Part shown: piece by piece, positions 38,008 through 50,085 of the stretch | How positions within the stretch are numbered: the stretch's first letter is position 1 | How the letters are laid out: each line of letters opens with the position of its first letter | Assembly: GCF_036365525.1 (NCBI RefSeq) | Contig: NC_090414.1 | Coordinates: 20,173,846-20,237,845 of the forward strand | Direction: 5' to 3' | DNA from: Heterodontus francisci | Lineage: Eukaryota | Length of the DNA: 64,000 bases | The notes under the pieces: model-generated | The model's database searches: none | The model's input: the letters and a program-made list of their open reading frames with translations, nothing else | Told to the model about the DNA's origin: nothing | Position numbers and translations under genes: made by a program

Positions 38008-38169
38008 AGTCTGTGATTTTGGCATCCCTCTTCTGCTAGGATCTCAAACAGCTCCTGGGCTGCAGTAATGTTCTGCGGGAGGTGGTCACCGAACAGGAGC
38101 GAAGACGCCAACGACTCTGTGGCTTTGGTGTTTCCCATATCGGCAGCTTTCATCAGTAGCTTGAAGCCT
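38008..38169 (-). CDS. SEL1L-like gene exon 6 (Sel1 repeats) with an apparent 1-nt deletion near its 3' end
   Basis: GFKLLMKAADMGNTKATESLASSLLFGDHLPQNITAAQELFEILAEEGC(P)KSQT|gtaag; 162 nt where the flanking phases require 163. Confidence 0.88.
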
Positions 38170-38545
38170 CTGTGAATCACAAACATACGTACATACAGCT
38201 CTCACTGTCCCTCCATTACAACAGCAAAAACACTGCACTTGCTCTGAAACTCTCAACACTGGAGAGAACCCCCGCCCTTTGCTCTTCTCCGAATAGAAAT
38301 GCCTCGGACTCCTCCCACACTGTGCAGCGCTCGGTGTTTTCTGCTTGGGGGGGGGGGAAAGCTATTCGACTGCGGGTTGCATCGCAACCTAAGCGAGCGA
38401 CGTCTGCAGGCACCTCCACCACCACTACCGGCCAGCTAACAGGGCACAGACACAGGTGGGGACAGCAAGCTGGACCACCTGCCCCGGCCCGTGTGTTGGT
38501 GCATTCATCCGCTGGGCCACTGGGGCTACGGCAGGGAGCACTCAC

Positions 38546-38651
38546 TCTGCTCGCTGGCTCTCCTTGTTGCTGCTGCCGATCCAAGCCATTCCCCTCTGGT
38601 ACAGGTCCTCCGCTCGACGTGCCACCTGCCTCTGTGCCGACTCCTCTTCAG
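38546..38651 (-). CDS. SEL1L-like gene exon 5 (106 nt)
   Basis: gcag|(T)EEESAQRQVARRAEDLYQRGMAWIGSSNKESQRAE|gtgag; cf. SEL1L [22 protein letters not shown]. Confidence 0.88.
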
Positions 38652-39354
38652 CTGCGGAAAACAAGGACGCCCAGTACAGTTAACAAAACTAATATCCAGT
38701 TTTACCTTTCCACAATTACCCGCCTCCACCTGGAGGCACCGACTCTGTTCGGGGGGGTGGGGGGGGGGGGGGAAGGGGGTTGGTACTGTCCAGTAGGAGC
38801 TGACCAATCTCCAGTCAGTGAGAAATGCAGCCTTGAGAGGCATCACAGGTAAGTGCCAACCAGTTCTCACCCTTGTTCCCCTCTCGCGTCCATACCGTGA
38901 CAGTTTACATAGCAAGATTGACTGGGAAATGTTGACATAGCCATTTACAATGGCGACAGTGTTGCGTGACGACACATCGGTGACAAAGAAATTAAACCCA
39001 GCCTGCAACAGCCCATGAATCTCAAACAGCCAGAGGCAGGAGAGACACAAAAAAGCCAAAGATAAGAGCACACAACCCGCCAGTTATAAAACTGTCCGGG
39101 GATAGTAGATGGTTTAACGCTTGTATTCGCGCGGGGAACAGACGGAGCCTTTTGAGCTGCAGAGTCCCCAAAAAAAAAACGCAGCTACAGCCAGGACGGA
39201 TGCTCGATTTGCGCCTTGGCTTTCCGCGAGTAGTACTGCGGGGGGGGAGGTCGACCCCCATCCCGACTACTCACATCAAACCCTCCCGCCCCCCCGCCCT
39301 CCACTCCACCCCTCACCATCCCTCGGTGTCACAGCCATTCAGGCCGAGCCTTAC

Positions 39355-39523
39355 TCTCACAGAAGCCCCAATTGTTTGTCCTGCTCGTAGTCGTCCGCGA
39401 CCGCACACCACAGCCTGCCATCCTCGCTCCCGTCCTCCGTGCATTCCGTGTACTCCTTGCCCCGGAATAGGAAGGGAAATCTGCAGGCCGAGCCCTCCGC
39501 CGTGCCTCCCAGCACAGTGACCA
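39355..39523 (-). CDS. SEL1L-like gene exon 4, fibronectin type II domain, with an apparent 1-nt insertion
   Basis: [51 protein letters not shown]; an extra T at ~39370 (CAATTGGGGC) gives 169 nt. Confidence 0.9.
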
Positions 39524-41217
39524 CTGCGGGAAAACAGGGAGCTGTTCAGAAGCAGGCGAAGCTGAACGTTAGCTGATCGCAGGAAAGCGTGCAGCGAAGG
39601 ACACGGGCGACATTCACAGAAGGTCCGACATGGAGGGAGGGGGCAGAACCTAGCAACCCGCAAAGCACCAGGCAGAGCCTTCAGCCACAGGAAAAGACAG
39701 AGCTGCATTTCTATAGCGCTTTTCACATCCTCACAGCCAACAGAGCACTTTTTTTGAAGTGCCATCACTGTTTTAATGTAGGAAATGTGGCAGCCAATTT
39801 GCGCACAGCGAGATCCCACAAACAGCAATCTGATAATGTCCCGGATCACGTGTTTTTAGTGATGTTGGTTGAGGGATAAATATTGGCCCCCAGGACACTG
39901 GGGAGAACTCCCCTGCTCTGTAGTTACCTGGGTAACGAGGGACGCTGGCCACAGGGGGCTCTTCGATTGGACCAGCCTCCTCCAGTAGCCGATGGGGGGA
40001 ATGGGATTCCGGGAAGGAGCCTCCAGTTCCTTCCTGTAACCGAGCAAGAGATTTCACATCATCAGAACATCACCGAACTGCTAGAAGCAGGCCATTCGGC
40101 CCATCCGCTCCACGCTGGCGTTTCTGCTCCAGACGAGCCTCCTCCCACCCCATCAACATACCCGTCTATTCCTTTCTCCCTCACGTGCTTCTCGTATTCC
40201 ACATTCTCCCCACTCGCTGGGGAAGAAGTTTCTCCTGAATTCCCGATTGGATTTATTAGCGACTGTCTTATGTTGATGGCCCCCCCCCCCGCGTTCTGGT
40301 CTCCCTCCACAAGTGGAAACATCTTGATATCTAACCTAACTCTTCACAACCTTAAATACCTCCTGCTCTGCTCCGGAGAGAAGAGACCCCCGTCCTGTTC
40401 AATCTTTGATGGTGGAAATTATTCACACATGGCACTAGTCTATGTAAACAAACGGGCACCCTGGGCCGAGGCAGGTTGGTGGGGGAGGGAGAGAGGGAGG
40501 GTAGGCCCTACCCCAGTGGAATTTATCAGGATTAAGCTTCAGTGAAACCTCCCCTACGCTGGTAGGGGAACCAGGCACTGGAAGGGGCACCGGATACACT
40601 GGCAGTGCCAGTGATAGGGACCCCATGCAGCATCAGAAGTGAAGCTGGACGGAAATATTGACCACAGCTCCTTCTACCAACCTAAACCCATTTCTATTAG
40701 TGAGGGGATAAACCAAAAACTCTCAACTCTCACTGGCTGTTGAGAAGGACTGGGTTCACCTACCTCTTCTCCAATCAAACGTTTCTTGCCCTCAAAACCT
40801 CCGGCTGCAGAATAATAAAAGTAACAATAATTACAGGCCGGAACAGGATTTGCCCCGTCAAACCTGCCCCCTTTAGTCCAACTCGCAGAGACACACCATC
40901 GCCACTCATCACAGCCCCGTTTTGGCACCAAGGCACGCCCGTTCCTTCCCCCTCCCACCCAGGGGAGAGGGCTACCCCCCCCACCTCACTGCCACCCGCA
41001 AGCCGCGTGAGTCTGCAAGCCGCCGATGGTGAGGGGCGGGGGGATTGGGCTCTGCTGTACCCCCCCCCCCCCCAAGGTCGAATAGCTCACGAAACTCACT
41101 GGCTGGGTGAAGTACTGGGGGTGGGGTAGTGGGGGGGCGTAGTTGGGGGAAGCGGGTGCCCACTGGAAACCCAGTAAGCAGCTGGTGCTTTCGGGTGGTT
41201 AAGGGGGTGGCACTTAC

Positions 41218-41548
41218 CCTCTCGTCCCTGGCAGCTGGGCAACACGTCAGGGCCTCCCTCCGTCCGGTCGTCCCGCGTGCACCTCGGCTCCGGCCCACCC
41301 TCTGACTCCTCGTAATCCTCAGCCATCAGGTCCTTCAGTTGCTCGATCGTGTCGCCCTTCAGGTCAGTCGGATACCGGCGCTCCGTAGCCCCACTCCCGC
41401 CCTCGTTGCTCAGAGTCCAGGATTCCCCATGGGCACGGCGTTGTGGGAGGGGACTCGTGGGGCCTCTGGCCGACGGCTCACCCCGTCGCCCATCGTCCGA
41501 TTCCTGCCCCTGTCGCCTCTTCCCAGTTTCAGAATCCAAATCACGTTC
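41218..41548 (-). CDS. SEL1L-like gene exon 3 (acidic, low-complexity linker)
   Basis: ttgtag|GAA...331 nt open...GAG G|gtaag; phases 0 and 1 join exons 2 and 4 in frame. Confidence 0.75.
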
Positions 41549-41593
41549 CTACAAAATGGAAAACACAACACCAAAACGGGGAATTGACAAATT

Positions 41594-41890
41594 AGTAAAG
41601 CTCCCTCTACACTGTCCCCATCAAACACTCCCCAGGACAGGTACAGCACGGGGTTAGCTACAGAGTAAAGCTCCCTCTACACTGTCCCCATCAAACACTC
41701 CCAGGACAGGTACAGCACGGGGTTAGATACAGAGTAAAGCTCCCTCTACACTGTCCCCATCAAACACTCCCAGGACAGGTACAGCACGGGGTTAGATACA
41801 GAGTAAAGCTCCCTCTACACTGTCCCCATCAAACACTCCCAGGACAGGTACAGCACGGGGTTAGATACAGAGTAAAGCTCCCTCTATTTC
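41594..41890. repeat. ~60-bp minisatellite, reverse complement of the 29210-29622 family
   Basis: Unit gtaaagctccctctacactgtccccatcaaacactcccaggacaggtacagcacggggttagatacaga. Confidence 0.95.
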
Positions 41891-42426
41891 ACTCCATCAA
41901 ATTACTCAAATGCAGCTTTTGAAGAAGCTGCCCTCTTGGACCAGCTCCCAGATCAATCGTCCAGTCATCTCCCTCTTTCGCTCACTCTCAAAGCAAGGAC
42001 CTGTATTGACTCAGGGCCTCGGTTTAAGGTCTCATCCGAAAGAGGGCAGCTCCCGACAGTGCAGCACTCCCTTTCTACGTGACTCAGTGCGTTCCCACTC
42101 AGCACCGCAGCAGAAGGTCATGGGCCCGAGACCCGTTCTGGAGGCCTGAGCTCCATAATGCAGGCCGACACTCCCAGTGCCACTGTTGGAGGTGCCGTCT
42201 TTCGGATGAGACGTTAAACCAAGGCCCTCGTCTGGCCTCCCAGCTCTGAAAGATCCCACGGGCACTATTTGAGGAAGTGCAGGGGAGCTTTGCTCAGTGT
42301 CCCGGAGATCGGGGGCAGTGGTGAGACGATGGAGGGATTTGGAACTGCACAGCATCTTGCAGGCCAAGCTATACCAGTGCACTCTCCTTGCTGTGATGTA
42401 TTCTGGCACATCAGTGCAGGTCTCAC

Positions 42427-42482
42427 CTTCGGCCCTGAGATCGCTGTTCCTCCCTCTTTCCTCTCCACATTTCCCTGTGATC
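42427..42482 (-). CDS. SEL1L-like gene exon 2 (56 nt)
   Basis: tttttcag|GA TCA...GPK|gtgaga; phase 1 to 0, joining exons 1 and 3 in frame. Confidence 0.7.
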
Positions 42483-43911
42483 CTGAAAAACAAGGAGAGG
42501 AATTAGACAGGTAATGTGTTTGTGCCAGCTCTCTGTAAGAGCAACTCACCTCGTCCCACTCCCTGCCCTTCCCCTGCAGCCCTGCAAATTCATTTCAGAT
42601 AATTATCCAACTCCCTTTCGAAAGCCACGATTGAATCTGCCTCCACCACACTCTCAGGCAGTGCGTTCCACATCCTAACCACTCGCTGCGTAAAAAATGT
42701 TTTTCCTCATGTTCTTTTGCCAATCACCTTAAATCGGTGTCCACTGGTTCTCGACTCTTCCACCAATGGGAACAGTTTCTCTCTATCTGCTCTGTCCAGA
42801 CCCCTCACGATTTTGAACATCTCCATCAAATCTCCTCTCAACCTTCTCTTCTCCTAGGAAAACAACCCCAGCTTCTCCGATCTATCCACGTAACTGAAAA
42901 CCCTCGTCCCTGCAACCATCCTTGTAAATCTTTTCCGCACCCTCTCTAAACCCTTCACATCCTTCCGAAAGAATGGGACACAATAGTCCAGTTGAGGCCA
43001 AAACAGTCATTATACCCCCAGCTCCTGTCCCCTCTTTGAGATTAGCCCTTTATTTTATATTCTTCCCCTCGGTCTTACTTTCAAAATGTATCACTTCACA
43101 CCAATCTGCATACATACAGCTGATATGTACAACAGGGGAGTAATCCAGAAACTGAGATCAAATTGCACAGCAGCAGTTTGAGAACTTAAAGTTCTGCCGA
43201 TGCTGGAATCCAGAATAAAAGCACAAACTGCTGGACGCACTCAGCTGGTCGGGCAGCATCTGATGGGAGAGAGAAACCGAGTTAACGTTTCAGGGTGCTG
43301 ACCACACGTTAGAATCGGTCAGTCGGTGTTCGTGGGTTCTAATGAAGGTTGACGGCCCTGAAATGTTAACCCGGTTTTTCACTCTCTCCGCAGATGAGGC
43401 CAGACTCGCTTACGCTGTCTACTTGTGCAGCAGCGCTTAAGCCCTCCCACCCACCCACCACAGACCAACGCCTCGTTCCCCCCCTACGCCCCCAACACCG
43501 CCAGACCCACAGCCCATCACCAATGTACTGGCCAACAGCACTGGACCCACCCACAACCACCCCCCCCCTCCTCAGCACACCGCGGTCCATCTCTGCCACA
43601 GCTTGGGTGCTTAGCCTAGAGTGACCTTTGCACTATGACCCTCCAAGCCATGAAAGTGGGTGTCAGGATTGGGGCTGGATTCTCAGCCAGTGGCGTGGGG
43701 AGAGGGAGTGGGGGTGGGAATAGGGTGGCAGGCAGGCAATCACCCCTCCCTTTCTGGGGTTGGGGCCTGTAGACCAGGGGATCCAACTTGAGAGGGGCTG
43801 CGATGCCTTCCATGGCCGAATAGTTTTGTCAGCACTCAAGAGGGGACGGTGCCTGCTCGCTGGGAAGGGAGGATGGATGGAGGGGGAATAGGAAGCGGGG
43901 CGGACACCTAC

Positions 43912-43999
43912 CTGGGCCTTCCTCAGCTCCAGCCAGGGCCAGCAGCAGCAACAACAGCGCAGTTAGAGCAGCCATGAAGCGACTTTGAGGAGAGGCCAT
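43912..43999 (-). CDS. SEL1L-like gene exon 1 (signal peptide)
   Basis: MASPQSRFMAALTALLLLLLALAGAEEGP G|gtagg; second in-frame ATG at 43975; hydrophobic core with an A-G-A cleavage-like site. Confidence 0.8.
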
Positions 44000-44230
44000 T
44001 ACCGCCCGCCTCCCGGCTTGTCAATCAAGCCGCCCGTCCCGCCTGATTGGCAGCAGCCCCAGCCAATCACCAGCCGTTCTTCACCCTTCCGCTGCCGCCC
44101 CGCCTGATTGGCACCGTCTACGGCCAGTCATCAGGCGCCTTCCCCTTTCACCGCCGTTTCATTGCTCTCGAAGGCCATTGGTTCGCGGGTGCAGTGGGCG
44201 GGACCTTACCCGCTGCAATCAACGAGTTTG
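44000..44230 (-). promoter_or_regulatory. CpG-rich promoter of the SEL1L-like gene
   Basis: Four CCAAT/ATTGG boxes (~44046, 44063, 44107, 44177) and GC boxes directly upstream of exon 1. Confidence 0.7.
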
Positions 44231-45759
44231 AGGCAAAAAGCAAGAGTTTCCCTTACTCTCGCTCTCTGCATACCTCCTGAGCCCTTTGGAGGACCAGCGT
44301 ATCTTGCACTGAAAAGTTAAGCTTTGCCATTCAGGGCACACCCTCCCGTGCATTTTGCCAAGCCTTGAGACGAGAACAAGGCACGCAGTTTAGCCATCGA
44401 TAAAATAATTCAAACCATGTCAAATGGCCCAGAAGCCCAGCAGGTACCCGCACGCTGCCAAATCTCCACCACCAGTGCAGGTGGGCAAATTCAGCCAAGT
44501 TTTCCTGCACTTGATCGCCATCCAGTGACGCCCCCTAGAAAGCATGCCTGAGAGTTGCCGAAATAGGAGCAGGGTCAGGGCGTGATGCCTTACGTAGCCG
44601 AATAGCATGCCAACACTCACTAGGGATGCAGAAGGGGCACGTCATCCATTTTTGGCAGCCTCTGAATCTCCAAAGTGCTCATGGAACCCAAAGGATTATA
44701 TACCAACCATTTAAGATGCATTTATACATAACTGCGCTTTTGAACAGGTTGTGCACCTCCCCTTATTTGGTTGCAACACTTTTGTACCATTGTAAATAGC
44801 CATGTCAACAGCTTGTATTTATAACTGGTAAAGGAATGTGTAGGGGTAGATCAGTAATAAGACCAAGGCAGAGGATGCATGAGAAAGAGAACATCTCTAC
44901 AGATGAGTCCATCACTGACGTCTCAGCATGCGATCACAGGGCTGGAGAATCCTTTTGAGCATTGCCAACTACAATCAGGTGCATGGAACTCAATAGACTG
45001 GCTATATAATGCTGTTAACCTGTCAGCAATCTGACAGCTCTAATAAATTCTCATACTCAGCAAGCCAGTTAACAGTTACTGTAATTGTGCTGCCTTTGTA
45101 ACCTGTTATTTATCGAGTTAGATTTCCATTTCTCCTAAATAACTCACTTATGTCCAAGTTTAAGCACTGGTAATTAAGACAATAACCTGCCAATAAACAA
45201 GGGCAGCAGGTGCTAGACAGCATTAAGTCACAACCCTGACTTGGAACTACATAGTCATTCCTTCACTGTCACTGGGTCAGAATCCTCCCTCCTTAACAGC
45301 ACTGTGGGTGTACCTACACCACATGGACTGTAGCAGTTCAGTAAGGCAGCTCACCACCACCTTCAGGGGCAATAAATGCTGGGCCTTGCCAGCAATGCCC
45401 ACATCCCCTGAACAAATGAAATTAAAAAAAAGACATCAGTTCAAGGCTTGCACCATTTGGGTTCTTCAGGAAGGTGGAAATAAAAGTGTGGGTGCTTATC
45501 AAGGTGAAGGGGTCTGAAGCCATGTGTGTTCATTATACATGCAGTCCTTTTCACTTATCTACATTTTCTATTGAATAACCTTCTCATTTTGCCCCAGAGC
45601 TACCTCAGTCACCCTACCCTCCTACCTCAGGAGGTAATGGTACTTGGTTTACACCAGCCTGCCCCTGTTCCTCATTAAGGATCCTGCAGGACTATTTATT
45701 GAGTAGGGAGCTCTCCTGAAGCCCAGGTCAACATTCCTCTATCAAATACCATCAACAAA

Positions 45760-46670
45760 AAGCCTTGCAAGGATCTAGTCAGCTCTCAACATGCTCCGAT
45801 ATTATCCACACCTCCCAATACGCCACCATCCTCCGCCCCTGGGTGGCTGAACTCATTCCTACATTAAACGATGCCTCCAAACAGGTGCCTCTATGGGGAT
45901 CTGTCTGAATGTTGGCTATGCCTGCCTTTTTGTGGGCATGTCGAACATGCATTGTTCTAGTCCTATTCAGGACCCCGACAGAATCACTTTCTCCTCGCCT
46001 TCCATTCCACTAGCCTCAGCTTTCAACAGATCATCCACACAAACACAGGAGATGCAACACCTGTCCTTTCAGCACCTCCCTTCTCACGATCCAGGATCCC
46101 AAACACCTTCCAGATGAAGCAGCAATTTACTTCTACTTTCAGTTTAGCTCACTGCTCACAAGAGGGTCTCTACACTGGGGAGACCAAATGCACACCAGCC
46201 AACTGCTCTGCTGAACGTCTGTTCAATCTGACCCCAAGCTTCTATTTACCTGTCATTTGAATTGTGCCCCCACTCTGATCTCAAACCTCCTAATACTGCA
46301 AGGAAGCTCAACAGAACAGCAGCTCATCTTTCAATTAGGCACTTAGCTTTCCAGAAGCAACTATTACAGATTATAACCACTGCCATCTCTTCAGGCAGCA
46401 ACTGCTGGGGATAATTCTGCTGTTACCATTTACACCTCCCCCAGACCCATCTTTTTGTTTCTTTACTTGTCCCATTACCATCATCCCTCATGTCCTTTAA
46501 TCTCTCCTGCCTTCCACCCTATTCAGACCTTCTCTCCCCCCCCATTGTTCGTTCTTCTCTCCAACCGCCCCCCCCCACTTTTCCTGCCTCTGCACTTGCT
46601 TGAAACCCATTACACTTCAAACTTTCCCCCAGTTAGGAGGGTCATTGACGTGAAATGCCAACTGTCGCCC
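45760..46670 (+). mobile_element. Older, heavily decayed Penelope-like element
   Basis: RT motif GASMGICLNVGYACLFVG, GIY-YIG remnant LYTGETK, and a tail resembling the 35.3-35.8 kb tail. Confidence 0.7.
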
Positions 46671-47892
46671 TGCAGTCACCACCTGACCAGAGTAGGTCAC
46701 TTTTCGAGTTGCACTAGTTTGTGTGGGGAGATGGCAGTCACCTAGTAAACAGGACTGCAGACAATACGAGTGTTGAGTTTATGAGGGAGTGGGTGTTTAG
46801 GGGAACCTCCCAATCCAACAAACGTGCACAGTAGGATGTTGGGGCCAGCTGCCTGATGAGGAAAAGAGACAGGGCCTTGTTTGACAGCCCTGGCAATGAA
46901 GCACAGGAAACAGTTTGGACATGTCAGTACTCGGCCACAAAATGGCCACTGCACCTCAAGGACTTTCTAAACCCACTTTGTGCGGGCATCACAAAATCCA
47001 ACCCCAGGAACTCTCACAATCCATTAACGCAGCTGCAAGAACTTGGAACCAGTGTGTTTTTGTGCAATGAGGTTTATTTACAAGATATGCATTTTAAACA
47101 AAGCCAAGTGCAATAGGCCCAAGAGGCCAAGCTTCAATCTCTCTCCACCAGAGATCCCATCCCTCCCCCATTTCTGCTTGACAACGTGACATCCAGCATC
47201 ATTGACCTTAGAGTCGACAGCCTCGGTCATAAAGTTCCCATTCAGTCCAGGCCAGCTCCAATTACTACACCCCAGGTGAGCAGCTCCCTCCTAAATGCAC
47301 CCCTGCCCTCTGCAAACGCTTGACCTTAGCCCCCACCACCCCAGGTAACGCTGCCCCCTGTTTACAAGAGGTCAGAGTTACAGGACAAGTCTCTCGAACA
47401 CAGGAATTCCAGCAGAAACAGGCCATTTGGCCCAACTGCTCTGCACAAGCCTCCTACCACCTGCTCTTCACCCCCCCCGTCAACAGTCGTTTTCTCCCTA
47501 GTGTTTATCCAGCTTCTCCGCCAGAGTTGTTCCAAGTTGTTCGTAATCTTGTTCAGACCATGCTCACTGTGCGATAACCTGGAAAAAGGGAGAAACCAGG
47601 GTTAGAAAGGGCCTGAAGCACCAAGGGCCACAACATTAAAAAAACCCAATATCTGCTGGAAAGTCACTCAGTTTTCAAAAACATGTACACAACCTATCAG
47701 TCCACAACTTGTGCCCTGCCACCCTATTCCTTACAAACACCCCCTCCCCAATCACATCCTATGTCACATGTTCATCTACACATGGAGTCTCTTTCTCTCC
47801 ACCCTCCCACCCCTCCTGTCACCATTTCTCATCTACCCTTGCCACCAGTCAGACTGCTTCAAGTTGCCAAGATGAATTGTACTTCAGCAACT

Positions 47893-48029
47893 AGATGTCT
47901 CAGTGAATGAGGATAGGACCAGAAGATGGCAGCTCACTGGTACCGAAGACTTTTGCACCGAGGTTATTCTCCCTCTCTACATACACACACAGGCCACAGA
48001 CAGACGCAGGAGTGTCAAGAACTGGAGGG
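47893..48029 (-). ncRNA. SNORA57: H/ACA snoRNA, SNORA57 (U99)-like, copy 1
   Basis: Two-hairpin layout, H box AGAATA, ACA three nt from the 3' end; GTCTTCG...CCTC is complementary to 18S GAGGUUCGAAGAC and TTCTTG to 18S CAAGAA; resembles human SNORA57 as recalled. Confidence 0.85.
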
Positions 48030-49948
48030 CTGTGGGGGCCTTTACCTAAAAATAATAATAAGTTCCTCAGGTTGTTACTCACTTCCCACACCAGCCCCCC
48101 CCCCCCACTCTCTCGGAAGTGGTCTGGAATGCCAGCAGTAAACCACACAGGAAGCTGGCCCTACCCCAAGTAATTAGGTACGGGCAGTAAATGCCAGTGC
48201 CTCACCAGTGACATTCAGATCACGAGACTAAATTAAAGAAGCCCCGTTTCGGAACGCCGGGAGTAAAGCCCGTCTGTGAACATTGTGGGGTGGGGAAAGC
48301 AAAGCATGAAAAACAAACCTACCAGTCAGGGTAACCAGATTGTTTGATGGTGCCAACCACGAGACTGGCATCAGAGTCACATTGCAAGGTTTCTGCCACA
48401 TGGCACTGCTCCTGCACTAACTAGAGGCACCCATTATTAGATCCATTACTTACTGCACTGAGAATATTGTCCGAGTATTATCACCTTCCTGCACTTAACT
48501 CCTCCTCCCATCTGATCTTTATTCCTCCTCTGCCACAGGGAGCTAAGACATCAGCCTAATCTTTTATGAGCACAGCTTTGACCCAACTCAATTGACCAAA
48601 TTTTACCCGCAAGGTTGAAAGATCTTTTTAAAGTAAGCAGTTGAATTAATGCAAGCTGTTTCTCACAGGTAAGAAAGAACTTGGGCAGGAGTGAACTGCT
48701 CACTGTAAATGGTACACAACATACCTAATCCAGATAAGGTGAAGGGATCTGGTTAAACAACCCTCAACCATTACTCAGATTGAACTGAACTTGAGGGCGG
48801 GCTTTTACGCCATGGTTTTAGACTAAGAACTTTACATACTATTGGACATTTTGTATCAATATCTTTATAGACAATTAGGTCCTGTCAATGTAACATCCAA
48901 GTCCACTCCTGGAAAATAGATAGAAAACATGTTGTAAAAAAAAAAAAAGGCTGCTGGGGTCAGGAGGGCAACATGCTCGGTTTCCAGTTAAAGAGCTGCA
49001 CTGAGTCACTTCTGAACTGAATGGCAGTTGTACGTATAAGGGTTTTTTTCTTAGTCACTGGAGTTTAAAGGATAGATCTGTGAATACTTGTGTAATCTGG
49101 GACCGCTGAGATCAGATTGGAAGCCTCCTTGCGATCTCTTGCTGAATTTTAAGTAAAGGAACATTTTCCACTGTCAGAATTCTACACTGTCGCGACAAAA
49201 AAGCCTCAAAATTGCAATGCTCCTTTGTCCAATTCTGAATGCGCCTAAGTGACAACAGCTCTTGCCTTCTATCCATTCTAGGTCCTCGAGTTTCTGGATC
49301 ACAGCTCAGCCACTGATAGCCCAACTGCACCCTCTAATAATCAGCATGTACAATGAGAAACTGGTCAGCAAACAAGAGCTGCTGGTCAATATCCTAGCAC
49401 CCTATTTTCACATTCCTCCCTTCCCACCCCACTCAGAAACTCTGCAATGTGTCTCAGCTCCAGTATCAGCTGCTGGGTTCAACCTTGCAACCTGTGAAAA
49501 GACAAGACAGCTTTATAGTACAGTTCCAACACTCGCCCTCCTGGAACTCATTCCACAGTCTGAAAACTGCCATCATTTCTCCACCTTGCCGATGTGCTGA
49601 TTCCTTCCACACCCACAGGGCAATGCCTGGAAGTGAGCAGTCACACTCCACAGATCTGATCTCCCCTGCCCAGTGTCAGCTTAAACAATGAGGTTAAGGC
49701 AAGCCTCAGACAGGAGGCTGGCAGATCACAGATCAAAATAGCAATGGCAAGACTCGCCGGTGAATAGCAAGAAACAGCAGCCTGCCACTCACGTCAACAG
49801 GACCAGAGCACGATATAAGCCAGTCACTGCAAAGTCAGGACTTGCACTTATAAAATATCCAGAATGGCTGAAGTGATCCTACAGTTTGTTACACTTCCAC
49901 ACTGCAACATGATTGGAAGTGCACCCAAACAGTACAACCCCAGTAACT

Positions 49949-50085
49949 GGGTGTCTCAGTGAATGAGGATAGGACCAGAAGATGACAGCTCACTGGTACC
50001 GAAGACTTTAGCACTGAGGTTATTCTCCCTCTCTACATACACGCACAGGCCACAGACAGACGCAGGCATGTCAAGAACTGGAGGG
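49949..50085 (-). ncRNA. SNORA57: H/ACA snoRNA, SNORA57 (U99)-like, copy 2
   Basis: Near-identical to copy 1 only across the snoRNA body; same boxes and guide segments. Confidence 0.85.

Noticed and set aside
35939-38025. Long RERE/LSLS ORFs
   Set aside because: Artefacts of the (GA)n-derived repeat and N runs.
44040-44130. ER-stress element (CCAAT-N9-CCACG) in the SEL1L-like promoter
   Set aside because: CCAAT boxes are present, but none of those checked has CCACG at the required spacing.
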